A DNA stretch of 63,852 nucleotides, filler included, from Choristocarpus tenellus KU-1152 (GCA_964200185.2; 11 parts of 11 records of this genome joined end to end with filler, not necessarily neighbours in it), one strand, 5' to 3'. Numbered from the whole stretch's first letter, positions 14,437 through 28,722 are shown. Numbers and translations are program-made. Notes: generated by a model from the letters alone, not told the origin.

Positions 14437-16202
14437 GTACTTGCACACTGTTGTCTATAGTCTCATTGAGGCAACAGCAGAGTCATATCGAGTTACACCA
14501 GCAACATGTTGCTACTTGGAGGGACAACATGTTTGTTGTTTTGAGAGAAGGGCGATGGGACCTCTCCCCATTCATTCTGCCTTTGAGAAATTCGATGGAA
14601 AATATGTTGTGGGCGCAAGCGGGTAGCTTTTTGTTTAGTTGGGCAAGGGATAATGCACTTCTTTCAGCCCCAAATATTCTGTAATTGCTTACACGCTTGA
14701 GCCTGATAAGCGTCTTTTGCCTGCTGACTGGTCCAACTCTGTACAAGGTGTCCTCAACAGTTCGTTACCACCCTCTCTCTCTCTCTCTCTCTCTCTCTCA
14801 TACGGAGGCGACCATTGGAATTCTTCTGGTGATTGCCCTCCAACCTATGACCCCTAGACTCTGTGTGTTCTTTTATGTCAACAAACATGTGTTCAAATTG
14901 ATTTGATCAACCTTGTGGCACTGTGCCAAGGTTTTGTGTCATTTCTAGCTCAGCTCAAAGGTTCTTCACCAGGACCTAGACAGGGGGGGTGATTCATGGA
15001 TTGTTTCCCTTTCGGTGCATGATCAAATCAGTTTGAACACTTGTTTGTTGGCTGCTTTGAATTGCATGTACCTCGGGATGGAGGGAAGTTAGTCGGCGGC
15101 CTTGTCTTGCTTACGCATTGCTAGTCTCATTGTGTGCCCACAAGTATTAAGGTTCACGATATCTACATATGAAGCACTACTGACTATGGAACAAGAAAGG
15201 CAGCTTCAAACACATCATAACCGCTACATTTCTTGGTGGATTCAATGCACAGGAAGGTATTGTGTGTTATCAGTATGGAGCTAGGACTCTACATCATGTC
15301 AGTCACCATGCCTTAGAGTAGGTGTCCTTCACGAGGTGGGAATTTCAGGAGAGGAATACCACATTGTGTCAAGGAAAGCTAACTTCCATTGCATAAAGAT
15401 GGAGGGAATAGGAGTTGTTGAAGGAGCAAACTCTTTTCATACTACACACACACCTTTGTGCCCTGAGTATCTCGTGCACGAGGTGGTGATTGGCACAACA
15501 AAGCACATTTTCTGTTGCTTGCGTGGCGTTATGATTGAGAGTGCACTTGTCAGTTGTGGTTGATGTACCTGTGTGTCTTCATTCCTTGCCTGTTGGGAGA
15601 CAATTCATTTCATACACATACACATACACATCCATCACTTCCCTGCCACCTCCCTTCTTATCCCCACCTGCAACCTGGCTTTTTTGTGTCCAACATCAAT
15701 TCACACCCTCCCAAAACAATATGTAGGCACTGCCTACATTTTCCGGAGGGCAAACTCTAGGGCTCCACTTTGAAGAGGGCAGGCGAGGTGTTTTTCCCCA
15801 GCACTTGAATACTCAAGTGTGGGGGGAAGAGAGTGCAGGTAGGGGATACAACGATCATTCAAGGCCTGCAACCACGTCTGTCACACCTGGCACAGGTAAA
15901 CAAGACTTTCAATGGGAATAGTATTTTGAATAGTTTCTTGAATATGNNNNNNNNNNNNNNNNNNNNNNNNNNNNNNNNNNNNNNNNNNNNTTAATTAATT
16001 AANNNNNNNNNNNNNNNNNNNNNNNNNNNNNNNNNNNNNNNNNNNNCTCCCCCCCTCCCAGATACATTGGGTCAACAGTGATCAATTCATTCATACTGGA
16101 GCAGTCAACAAGAACCGGATGGCAAAAGAGATGGACAAAGAGAGGTATACCCCTACTTGGTCCTCCGACTGTACCAAAGAGCGGCACTATAAACAGACTT
16201 GC

Positions 16203-19005
16203 CTTCTCTCTTTCCTCTGTAAGCTGTGAATATCTGGCCTCTCGCATTTCCTCCTCCTGCTCAGCGCTGAAAACTCTCTTCTCGGCATTGCTAAAACCCA
16301 CCTGCCACAGAGTGAAGGCAAGCGGGAAGGATTGAATCTGGGATTCAAATGCCCTGTCAGTGACTACCGTTGAGAAAAATCCTTGCCCCGGGGCAACAGG
16401 CTCCAGGTGTTGATGGTCTCAATTCTGTCCTTCCTCATCAGCAGTGGCAAAATATATAGTCTCTACTTCCTTTATGAGGATATCAAAATCGAGTGCAAAA
16501 CAGATCTCCTCTTTCATGGCAGGGGAGTGGGGGGAAGCGGGGTCAGTGATCAATACATTTACGGAGACTGTACTATAAAACTCTGTTCATTCGAAGTTTT
16601 TCCTTTTTACCTTGCCTCTTACCTTGGTTACATACTTGGTGTATCCTACCCTGGATATTTGTTTTTCCAAATCCTTGGCTTCGCGTCCTAGCCCTTCGAT
16701 GATACACTTGACCTGGAGGTTGGGTGGGTCGGAAGTTGCAGCCGGGTATTTTTTTTCTATGCCTAACTTCTTGTCTCAAGTGGCTTGCTTCGCAGGCATG
16801 TTTGGTATGGAAGACAAACGTTCAGGTGCAACTCTCTGGACAGTTGCAGACGTACCAAAAACCGTTTTCTGTTTCCTCAAAAGTTTCCTTCTATGGTGGG
16901 CAAATGCATAGTATATACTTAAAAAAAGGGGGGGGGATTAAGAACAGTCTTTCTCAGGGTCCTACCGATTGTACACATCTCTGTTCTCATAGGAGCTGTC
17001 CACTGACAGCAACTTGTGCTGAACCTGAACACTCTTCTCCTTCAACCTTGGGCACACAAGCAGTCCAGCCTACTCTGTCCCATCCTACTTCTAAGAGAGA
17101 CGAGGGCCTGTGATATTGTGTAGCTAACTGCTCAACATGAAACATGGATGTAAATAGCTTTGTATAACATACAACATGAAGCATGGATGCACACAACTTT
17201 TGTATAACATATTTTACCCTTCTTACTTCAGTGGATTGCAGTGGCATGCCATTGGCTGCTTAGGTCTCAGGGTTAAGGACTGTATTGACCAGTGGGGAGC
17301 CTCAGTTATTCGTTGCATTGCCTCATCCATAGCCTCAGGAGGTGGCATTTGCATATCTTCTAACCCTAACCCCAACCCACGTGGCCAGGCCCATGACAGG
17401 GCATACCTCGGTTTACTCTATTTTGGTTCATGTTGCCCCTTGAGAGATCCAATGTGTCTGCTCAAAAGATGGGAATGTTCTTGTTCAAGCACGCATATGC
17501 CTATGTTCTTGCCTATGTTAATGCCCAAGGTATCCGATCATGCACCAAATCACGTGAAATTATGGGTTTAAGGGTTCGGTGTGTGGCCAGGAGGGGGTGC
17601 AAGAGTGCTCCATCACTTGACAAGGCTCTCTGTATGTACTGAACTAGTGTATAGTAATCGGTGAGTGGCTTACCTTGTTTATCTCCGCATCCTCCTCTGT
17701 CAAGCCGAATATGAGCCATTCGCGAAGGTCATCCTCTGTCACCTGATAGTCAATACAGTAAGCATGTCAAATATAATTGAAGATATGTCATGACAAGTAT
17801 GCCCTATTAGAGGGAAGGAACAGAATTAATGTAACAAAGTAAGGACAAACCCAAGATCATGGGAGCAAGCATTGAGAGCAGGATTGATAAATTAAATTCT
17901 GTGTGTGCCCAGCTGGAGTGAGCTATTAAAGCCCTTCAGCTTTGGATTCTTCCTTCTTTGATTTGATCAACTCTTGGCCTTTTCCTCTTAGTAATTGTAC
18001 CATTTCTTAAGCAGCAAAGCCCTTCTTTCTTGCTATTAAAAAAAAACTGTTATAGTTTAAACAAAGTACTATTCCATTTCTTGAGCAGCAATACCCTTCT
18101 TTTGTGCTATTAAATATATATACATATTACAGTTTAAACAAAGTACTATTTTAAACTTATTTCTTTCTGATTTGTTCTAATGTACAATAATGCATCAGTT
18201 TGCTGCGGGACTTGAGCTTAACATTGAAGTACGTACCTGTATTTGTCAAAAAGGTCCTCTAAGAAAGGTTTCTTCTTCCTTGCAGAGGATAAATTACTTC
18301 ATGTGCTCATTGGAGCACTATTGGACTTGCATTCAACAGTGGTAACAAAGACTGTCTCTCTCTCTCTCTCTCTCTCTCTCTAAGCCTCAATTCGTGTTCA
18401 ACTGACCAAAATGAGCCACGTGGGTTGTGATCCCTTACCTGTAACCAGTTCATAGTGCTCTGAGGGCATTGCCTTCGTCAATTTTGCCGTTGTGTCTGTA
18501 GATCACAACCTGCAGTTTCATCTTTTCATCCACGAGTTGTTGCAGAGATTGGACAGGACCTACGCAATTTCAGGACACACTACCCATGCACTCTGCTTTT
18601 AAAAAACCAAGACAAGGACGCATACATCATCCTGTTGTTTCGGCGCTAGGTTAGGGACATCTTGGACTGCACAAAAGCAATCAGGCACAAAAAAAGTAAT
18701 GAGCCAGACCAATATATGCACAATAGTGTAGTTATACGCAAAAATTGATATTCCCCCTCCGTGCACACAGAGTGACACCACAATCCAGCAAAGGGTCTCT
18801 TTTCTACAATTGTACAGAATGGCACAATATTGTCTCTCTCTTAGGATCCCTAGAATGTTACCCTGCCTACCTCTCAATCGGGTTCAGCTCCATGTACAAG
18901 TAAATGCCGCACCTCACACATGTCATTGTCCGTCTTGAGCGAAACATTGAGCATCATCACCTGGAGGTCGCCTTTATACCGGGGATCCCGGGATCGATCC
19001 ACAAT
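16203..19005 (-). pseudogene. Multi-exon gene remnant with in-frame TGA codons
   Basis: AG/GT-bounded segments IVDRSRDPRYKGDLQ.., VLSNLCNNSWMKR*NCRL*STD.., VTEDDLREWLIFGLTEEDAEINK, RKLLRKQK..KQAT*DKK.., VGFSNAEKRVF..EEREK. Confidence 0.5.
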
Positions 19006-19384
19006 CTGAGAGGGTGTGTAACAGCAACATCACCATCACCAACATCACCAAAGTAAGCCAAATGGTCGACACCACTCAACCAGAATTGGTTTTGCCTCAT
19101 TGAAAGCGTGGAGTGCATTCAGTGTAAACTGAAATAGGGTGCCAGTCGGATGAGGGCGGAGGGGGAGTATGATATTTCTGGTATTAAAGTTCCTGGGCTT
19201 CTGATAGGATCACATTTGGCCTTCAGATTCGTCTTCTAAGACCAGGAATTCTCCCTTGCACAGGGAATGATAAAATGAGGTAAGGGGAGAGGTCCTGTGT
19301 ACTACATAGTCAGCACGCACACTTGGGTTAAGAGAGAGGTTTCACATATCTTAATGTTTTCTTTGTCAGTGGTCCACCGCCCAT

Positions 19385-19643
19385 GAGTGAAGGTATCTTA
19401 GTGGGTACGAGTTTTGCCATGATTGTCCATTTGAGGTTTGGCTTCCCATGGGTTTTTTAATGACATTTTTCTACTCCAAAATGTTTAGGAGTAGGTAAAA
19501 TGTATATGTTATGAAAATGTGTGTCCGAAACATAGATTTTGGCACTTCCTAACAAACACGATAGCCAAAATTACATCAAAATCGCAACATTAGATTTTGA
19601 CCCCCAAATGGACGCGACTCTACCCTCTAAGATATTTTAGCTC
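19385..19643 (-). mobile_element. MITE family A copy
   Basis: GAGTGAAGGTATCTTAG...CTCTAAGATATTTTAGCTC; flanks CCAT/GCAT. Confidence 0.85.
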
Positions 19644-20617
19644 GCATGCCTTGAAGGCAAGATCCATGAATGGAAGAGGATCAGCTATTGATAGAGGAGA
19701 AGATATAAGAAAAAACACACAAAACATTTTCAATTGGGACTTTTTGTCCCTATTATCTCCTTCTGGAATAGGGATAGGTATAGGGTTAGGGTGAAGAGCG
19801 TGAAAGCATCAAATGTAGTGGGCTGTTGTGGGCAGAGTGAGGTTCAAAATGACGCCACACTGGAGTATGGGACTGGAGAGCTGGTAATCTATCTAGCATC
19901 ATGCCTTTCTCTCCTGCACTGCAACCGCAATGTATCTCGTGGGGAGTGACTGGCACTGTATCTGCATGTCTGGTAACCACACAATTTCCCCAGTTTTGAT
20001 TTCCTTTAGGTAATCTACCTGGTGAGAGGGCGGATTATTGGACGGGATTAGCATTTGGGATTTGGTGGCAGGATGTTCACAACTGGTGATGAGGAGGTGT
20101 GCTTACTTCAGGTAGTCTATCCAAGAAACTATTGGAGACTAAGCCCAAGGTGATTTGAGAAGTGCCAGTGCATTTGGCACCGCTTGTCATTCTCTTCACA
20201 TGCTGGGTTTATGATATTTTAGGGACTGTGAAGGCGGAAAGAAGGAGAGAGCAACAGTTTGAGCTTGTAATGAGATCATATGCATAGAACTGTATGTATG
20301 ACATGCTTGTTTTGGTCTCTTCCTCCTGGTGTGATAGATGTTGCAGCCTTGGATTTTTTCGCATTTGTGGGACCGAAGTCGTAATGTAAACTTTTCTTAC
20401 CAGCATCGATCACATCCAAGATGGCGATGTTTGACCCAAAAGGTTATTCATTTGCTAAAAAGTAAGTAGAAAGGTAAAATAGTACGAGCTTGCTGCTGTA
20501 CTATTGATTGGACTCTATGCCCTGGATTTTTGTAGGGGAAAGAATCGAAGTCGGTTGCACTTGAAGTAAAATGGTTGGGCTCATGTGCCGAAGCCCTACG
20601 GGCAGATAGAAACCTAC

Positions 20618-21355
20618 CATAAATTGATCAGGGCATTTACGACAGATCTCCTCCAAGAACGTCGGCGTGAGGCGATGTCTGGGAACTTCCCATGAGTATT
20701 CTTCGATAGGGACTCCAATGTCGTCCTCCCGCGAGATCAAGATCTTCTCGCCCCACCTTTAAATAATAAATGCACATGAGGTGCGAGGGGGGGCACAGGT
20801 AATCGAATAGCATTTTTAAAACCGGGGGAATGGAGGGTATCGAATACATGCTATTGACTCTCTTTTGGAGGTCAAGTAAAAGCCTTTTTGTTATCTGTGA
20901 TAGTAGAAGTGGACAACCTGTGGTTGGGGATGGGGATTGCACCCAGTCAAATGTCCTTTGAGCGAGAGTCCTTTGCTTGAAAGAATCATTTCTGTTAACC
21001 TCCTAAGATGAAATTCTCTTATTCACCCCTCTTACCATTTCTTTTTCTTCTGCTTGTCCTTCTCTAGAGTCTTGAGAGTCTTTTTGGGGAGTTTGATCTT
21101 TGTCCGCTTCTCCTCGACGGCTTTGCGCATGGCCCCCATTCTGGCATTACTGGATTGATCACCAACAGGCGTCATGGCTCCTCTCCACAGTGTAGGAGCG
21201 GTAGGCCAGAGATTTTTGGGTTTTGTGCAATCTTCGATGTTGGATGCACACCCTTCGAACACTCTGATCACCTTAGTGGCAGTGTGAGACGACTTATGTA
21301 GGATCAAACAAGGAGTTGGTAGTTACACAACATTCACCCTCGGAGGCGTCGCCAT
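20618..21355 (-). CDS. 5' exons of an uncharacterised protein
   Basis: MATPPR|VIRVFEGC...KDKQKKKKW|WGEKILISREDDIGVPIEEYSWEVPRHRL...DQFM, with phase-compatible splice sites. Confidence 0.5.
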
Positions 21356-21404
21356 TTTACCTCATTTCAAAAACTTCACTACTAGGTGTTATTCTCACGC
21401 ATCC

Positions 21405-23310
21405 ATGTCCTCAAGTCGACTTCTGAGGCAGGCCGCCGGCGTGACGACAGCATCTCTAGGTATCGGGCTGGCCATGGTAGTGGGTGAACCTTCATCCCCT
21501 CTACGCGTGGAACTGACATCTCGGGTATCGGAAGAGCGACTGTCCATCCTGGTCGATGCTCTGTCGCGTCGATTTGCTATACCTCTGCGACGAGATGTAG
21601 AGCTATGTGGCACACTATCCAAGGATCTACTCTCATCGGAATTGATGGGTCCTAAACGATCGCCATTAGGTCAGGTCCTGTTGGTGGTAGGTCCTGATTT
21701 CTATCTCAACTACCTTGCAACAGAGCGTATTTCCGCGTCCTTTCCAAATCCAGACGTTTCTCCCCCTCTGAGGTTGGTCCTACCTAGCGATTTCAACCTC
21801 GGTGATGGGACCCTATCCACCGAGGTGGAAAAGCAGCTACTTAGTGATGTTGGTGGGCTAGGCCCACCGGTCCCCTCGAGGGTGTACTCAAGACATGACT
21901 CCAGGTGGATGGGGGTTAACGAGGACCTGACAGGGGTCCTCACCCCCCCCCGAAGACGTACCTTGCTGGAGACCCTTGCCAGAGAAAGCAGAATCTGTAA
22001 GTCTGAGCCCATTTTGACCACATGGGAGACCATGTTCCTGCGATTTTCTCGTGCCCTCATGGGGACATCGGAGCTCGATGAAGTGACTCAACGGGCATTA
22101 GAGGAAGCACTTCGGATCTCCACCCTTGACCCCGCCAATGAGCATGCCCCCGTAGTCTCCAGGCTCGACGGCGACTGGAAATCAATCCCGGAAAATGAAG
22201 CCTTGTCAGACGTAGCAGAGAAACCAGGGAATGTTGAGGAGTCAATAAGACTCGAAGTAGCTGCCAATACCGGGCGCGAGGAGGGGATTGTTCTTGTGAT
22301 CATGTTGCTTTCGCCTAAGGATCAGAGACGAAAGGAGAATCTTGGGGTGGAATGGAGAAGGCTAACTAAGTGGTGTTGTAGGCTTGTGGGACATGGCCTG
22401 GTGCATCTGCTGGTTAGGTGTGTTCATGACCTCGCTTGGAATCTGCTCTTATCAATCACAATACTGAAACCTGCTCTAGAGGAGGTGTTCTCGGGTAATA
22501 TCAGGGGAATGACATACCATGTAGGTTAAAGTGGAGCAGAGACCAAATTAACACCACACATGATAGCAGGAATTGGGAACTGTCAGATGCTGAATGCTTG
22601 CTTAGGAAGGGGACCATGCCTAGATGCAGGGAGATGATAGTTTGGATGTATTGAAGAGAACCTACCCTGCATGCAAGATGCAGGGATATACCTGCTGAAA
22701 GTCTGTACCTCATTGTGCAAAAACCCACCAGTGACGACATCTGTCCCCATCCAACCTTGGATACATAATCCAAACCACAAACCTTGCTTGACACCATCCC
22801 CCTTCCCTCGCTCCCCACTTACTCCCTCCTTCCGCCATCACCATGTGTCTATTATCACTATGCCAATCACCCCTGATGTTTGGTTCTCTTCTCCAATTCC
22901 TCTGTCCTTCCTTCCCCACACCCCTCCACCACCCCTCGATCCCCTCTTTCCTCTGTCCCACAATGTGAAGTTCGACCAACCCCTACCTCCCTGCCGTGCT
23001 CCACACGGTGTTGGAAGGCGAAGAAGTTGACGATAGCAGCCTGCTTGGTAAGAACAATGGAAGACATGCTCCTCATGCTGCTGCTGGAAGCAAGCACCAC
23101 CCTGCTCCATGGAACACCACCAAGGAGGGCCACACCACAAAGGAAGAAGGGGATGCTGGTACGGTGGTGCGAGGGCCAGGAACTGCTACCAGGGCATTTG
23201 GTGACAGCTACAGTGGCGGTGGTAGGGGGAGTGGGGGCAGTGGGAATGTGGAGGAAAGGGATGTGGTACTGGTTAGAGTCTCTTTGCCAACTGAGCACGA
23301 GGGGATGCAG
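21405..23310 (+). CDS. Uncharacterised protein: large first exon (~340-374 codons) plus probable downstream exon(s)
   Basis: Longest ORF in the window (21405-22529), CpG-rich; N-terminus Ser/Arg-rich then hydrophobic; exon-like segment ending EGMQ|gtgagc at 23310. Confidence 0.55.
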
Positions 23311-24499
23311 GTGAGCAGTGTTGAGTCGGCTTCACCTACGCAGTGATTGATGTCATTGCCACCTCGGATTGAAAAGGCAGTAGGCAGTACTAGGGGTTGC
23401 TGCTGATTGCTGTGAGAGGCCTGGGAGGAGGGGGAGTTCCCGTTCATTGTGCCCTGTAGTCTTTCTTGATGTTCGGCAATTCCACCCCTTTGTCCAGAGA
23501 TTTTTTTTTTCCTTCAGAAAATGGAGTGGGAACAAGTATTCAAGCGTCCGAGAGCTGCAAATAGAAATTGACTCTCCTCTTTTGACTCTTCTTTCTATTT
23601 CTTTTTTTTTCTTTTTGTGCTATTCACAATGCTATACTAAGAGGAAGTAGATAATCTCACCACCGTCGAAAAGTCCGCCGCTCTAACCAGTGGTTGAGCA
23701 AACTCGAATATCTTGAGTAGCGCGTGAGTGTGTTCCGGAATACATCAGTAATCCCAAAGCAGTTGGAATTTTTTTGTTTTCTCCCTTGTCTGCTGTTCAG
23801 AGCTCATCTGTTGCAGAGTAGGCAGTCATCTGTTGCCATGGAAGCCAGTGCGTGGCTCACGTTGCCCCAGCCACTTTTTTGCTAGGGTGCTAATCACCCT
23901 CCCACAAACATGCCCATACCCAAATACACACCCACTCACACTTTAATTACTTACATGTCTGCCTGTGTGCCCTATCATGTCCCCGCCTGGCCACACAGTC
24001 ATGCACACACACACGTGCACAAGACCCCATTGGTTCGGTTTGTAACTCTTGTTTGAGTCAATATTTGTATCTTATGAAGAACTCCACATTATATGTAATA
24101 CGACTGATTATCTCTGACCCTAACCCTAGCTCAACTTCTTGTTTTTGTTTTTGGTAATACCATACGTGTTCGGCACATTAAGAGTCTATCGAATTCAGGG
24201 TACAGACAGACCTTACTCCCCTCTGCCCCCTTCCCCGCCCCTTCTCCCACCCTCTCAACACCCAGCCCGTGATTGTNNNNNNNNNNNNNNNNNNNNNNNN
24301 NNNNNNNNNNNNNNNNNNNNTTAATTAATTAANNNNNNNNNNNNNNNNNNNNNNNNNNNNNNNNNNNNNNNNNNNNAAAATGCAACTGCAATTTTCCCGA
24401 TTTTGGTCCAAAATGGACACCCTCGTGTAGACCCCCCCACCCCCCCAGATAATTTGGGTCTCACTCTACAACTACTTCATTCACGGTGCCGTAACACTC

Positions 24500-25560
24500 C
24501 GCCCAAACCCTGCTCTTCAGAGATGCAAAACCCCCAAACCATTGATGTTAATATCCGGTAACTGCACTTGCTCTGTCACAAGCTTAATGTTCCATCTCTC
24601 CTCCATCCCTGCTGCGTTCAGCTTGTGCACTGTGCTCTTGCCCGTATGCGGGGTTGCACCGTCCTGCGGTATGGAGACCCCCCCTGATTCCAGCCACGGC
24701 ATTTTTCCTTATTCTCTGTCAACAGCTGCTCCGTGTACCACTCCAGGTATCACTCAGCATTGACGGTGACATCGATTTCATACTCCTCGCCCTTCATGTG
24801 CCGCGCTGTAGTCCGTTGCGCCTTCTTTGTGACACAAACCAGCCGGATCCCGATCCTGCCATTGAAATCATATGAAGGATCTGGGCGCGAAATGGAAGAT
24901 ATGAACATCACTTTGGGAATATGGGTCTTGTGCTGCACCTTTGTCGAGTCCAGATTTTCCTCACCTGGGAATATGTGCATCATCTCTTGTTTGCCGAGGT
25001 GGAACAGCGACTCATCGATGTGAATGGTATTGAGGCCAGTCCTGTAGGTTTTGCGGTTGTGGGAAATCTCGTCGAGGATGAAGTCCAACCTGTCCTTCTT
25101 GTGAGAAAACGAAAGGCTAGGGGTGATGCGCCACTGAACCCTTGTTGTCCCCATGACTTTGAGCCAGCGATGAAGCTTTGAGCTGCCAACTGTGAGGCCT
25201 ACTTAGGCAAGCTTGGCGGAAAGTCGGTTGATAGTCAGCACGCGATTTAGTGGTGTTGATTTCCTGGATCGGCGCTTACTCGTTGGCGTAAAGTCTGACA
25301 GCCGTCCAGATCATGCTTGTGATTTCAGGGAGACGGTATTCCTCCTGTCTAACTGTTCTTTGACATGCACCCATACCCGTCTAGGGTGTCTCTCTCCCAC
25401 TCCAAACTCTTTCGCCAATTTAGACCCCACACCCTTGGGAGTCCTTCATGACCCGGAGGAAGAGCCAATGTGTAACGCAGAGCAAGTGTGGTCCGACTTT
25501 CCTCGGCCAGCTCGCACCTCTTTCCCTGAGACAGTGGGCTTCGTGGCAGGGATGATAGGT
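24500..25560 (-). mobile_element. Degenerate plant-type mariner transposase
   Basis: IHIDESLF, KTHIPKVMFISSISRP, FNGRIG, QDGATPH...LPDININGLG; stops and frameshifts. Confidence 0.85.
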
Positions 25561-25794
25561 TGTGGGTTCTCGCCAAGGGGGTTGTGAGAGTGTTGTGTGG
25601 CTCCACACTGCAGGAGGAACATAAAAAAATGATAAGAATATGCGCCATTCGAAGAACAGAATTCTTTGATTTTTTTTTTTTTGTAAATATCCCAAGGAAT
25701 CCAACGCAAAAGTCCATTTTGTCATTGAAGACCATCCCAAAGAGCTACAACTTAATGGCCCAGACCTATGGGACAGACAGAGTACATCTTTAGC

Positions 25795-26330
25795 ACCTAT
25801 ATGTCATGCCACCAGTCGAATTTGTATGAAGATATAAATTGGCGACGACTTGCAAAAAGACATTGACACGTAACTCCTGTTTGGCAGTCACACTACAGGT
25901 ATAAAACAGGTAAATATTTTCGCACCCATAGGTCGTTCCACCGGTCCAATCTGCCGAAGATATCGATCTATGTAGACTTGCGCGATAAAGTTTACACATA
26001 ACATGATTTTAGCAGTTGCAAAAAAAATACAACACTGTTGGATGCAATATCCAGTCCAATTTGCGCAAAGATGCCGACACAATAAAGGACTGGCACAAGA
26101 ACGTCGGCATATTAGATCCTGTTTGGTAGTTTGCAAAACGGATACAAGACTGTTGGATACGTTCTTAGCACCCACAATTTTTGTGACCACTCGTACTTGC
26201 ACGACAATGAATCAGCGTAAAAACACTGGCCCACACACCTCCTCTTTGACAAGAACATGTTTTTTGACACCTACGGGTTGTCTCACCAATCCAATTTGCA
26301 CATTGAGATCGACATACTCCGTTACAACGA
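25795..26330. repeat. Degenerate ~120-bp tandem repeat (4-5 units)
   Basis: Core CCAGTCCAATTTG-like motif at ~25812, 25940, 26051 and 26286. Confidence 0.45.
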
Positions 26331-26825
26331 CTTACGCAAGAAATTGGAACGTAGTGGGCGAGTAGATACGGACTTAACAAACCTACTGACGAGTGTAAAG
26401 TTGAGTGGTGGGAGCTGTGGCATCTACTTACTCTCATCATTCAACTAGAAGGAACCCTTGAACTCCATTTGCGTTGCTTTGCTCATATCTGTTCCTCAGA
26501 GATTAACTTTTGGCACTCAATTCAAGATCAAGATATTTGACATATAAACGCCCAATTTTCTTAGAGAATACAGAACGTTTAAATCAGGGATTGGATTACT
26601 ACTGGTAATAACCTCTGTCGTGCTGAAACAGGGTAAGTATTTATCTATCTGTAAAACTCTAATGCAGGGAATAGACATGTATGGACACCGTTAAGTAGGA
26701 ATATCATGTACTACCACAAGCACATGTATGTGTAGTCCGTTGTGAGGATATAATGGTCTGTTGAACATCAAGGAACAATTAGGATCCTGGTTAGTGTTCC
26801 TCGTAGGTCAAAAACTTCAATCCGT

Positions 26826-27077
26826 GAGCCAAAGTACCTTAGAGGGTAGAGCCACCAAATGGACAAAATTCAATGTTGTGATTCTGATGTAATTTTGGCT
26901 ATCGTGTTTGTTAGGAAGTGTCAATATCCTTGTTCCGGGCCCATCTTTTCATAACTTACACATTTAACCTACTCCGACACATTTTGAAGTAGGAAAATGT
27001 CGTAAAAACCTTAAGGGAAGTCAAGTCCCAAATGGACGAACAAGGAAAAACTCATACCCTCTAAGATACTTTCACTC
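26826..27077 (+). mobile_element. MITE family A copy
   Basis: TIRs plus perfect 4-bp TSD CCGT/CCGT. Confidence 0.9.
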
Positions 27078-28722
27078 CCGTGTTAGAATATCTTCACCAC
27101 CGATCCATGAACGCACAATACACTATAGTATCCATACCTCACTGGGATACACAGTGTATGTAAGGCAGATTCAGCGGTGGCAGTATAGCGTACCCTCATA
27201 GTAGTGTTAATCATATATTAACCGTATTTCTTCATAATTCTGCTGTTTAACTGGTATATCTTGTTACATTTTAATCGGAAGAGAGCAGTGAAGGCATGCC
27301 TGCAATAGATGTGTCAGTCACAGCACAAGCAGCAATCTCCAGGCCTGTTGTACGGCTCAAGGTGGAGGCACCCCAATTCATGTCTGGCAAGACAGCTTGA
27401 CTGAATCATTGGACTCTTCCCTTGCTTCTGGACCGCCTTCATAGCACCATTTCAGGAACAGTTTCAGCTATTGAAATAAGTGTTATTAGGCTTCTTGGTT
27501 TCTTGTTTTCAAATACACTACTGCTGGTATTTCACCTCTTATTGGTGTATCTGGACGACTTTCCTGTGACAAGTACTACAGACCATTGTTGTCGTATTTG
27601 TTAAGTTCCGTACCTTTTCTTCAAAATCCCTCCGTGACAACATCTGCAAAATGGCAGGGGGCAAAATAGCATATACTCCAGCATTCCATAATACGGAGTG
27701 TATGTGATGACTCATGCCGTTTTAAATCCTGGCAACATGTGTTAAGCAGACACCGAAGTCATGCTCTAACCAAGTGTGAAAACATCATAGTAGAGTCTTC
27801 CTTCTAGTATGATAGCAGCACTAAATCCACCGTGTGAGCATCTTCCCATCGCACACTATTAGTATCAGGATGTGCGTGTGGAATGCACACACGAGAAGAG
27901 CAATCGATAGCGCACGGAACTTGTCTTCGTGCTGTGCTTCTCTCTCAAATATGTGGAAAGGATACACTGTTATCATTTCTGGCATTCAATGGAACCAGAG
28001 GTGAAATCTATAAAAAATACACTTTGAATTATATGCAAAGCATTTGCTGCATTTGTCTAATAAACCATAACCTCAGCCAAACATTGTCCGACCATATTTT
28101 GAACATACAAAGCAATGTCGCAAAATTTCCCATACTGGAGCTCTAACCTTACGTCAACACAAAATAACCTCTCAAACAATACCAACAAAGATGTGTGCAA
28201 AACAACATTACATCCATTGCAAAGCAAAACACCCTTCGTATGCACTATCTATTCAGCACCTACTATCGAGAGGATGTTCTGACAAGGATATATCGAAACA
28301 AATACCAATTGCAACTGATGAAATAGGGTTCCGGCTCAGTCAGTGATACCATATGACTATGCAAGAAGCCTTCCACGCTACATTTACTTCTTTTCTTACA
28401 CTGTTAGTAAAATTGGAACGAGGCCTTCCAGCTCTGCCAACAACTAAATCGGTAAGTGCCAGGAAGAATTTTCCGGATTAGCCAGTAGCAGGTAGCCAAC
28501 TAAATGAGTCCCATTTGAAACGCTGCCACTTCAATATACACATAGCTCAAGACTGTATGGTACAACTATGCCGGAAAGTATCTACTCTGGAGTATCCAGA
28601 AGTATAGATCTGCCACCTTAGAACCTCATTATCCGCCCCACTCATTTAATGCTAAAATCCGTGGCATAACAAATTCATGTACAACAATCAAAGCGACCTA
28701 TGTTAACAATATAAACTTCACT

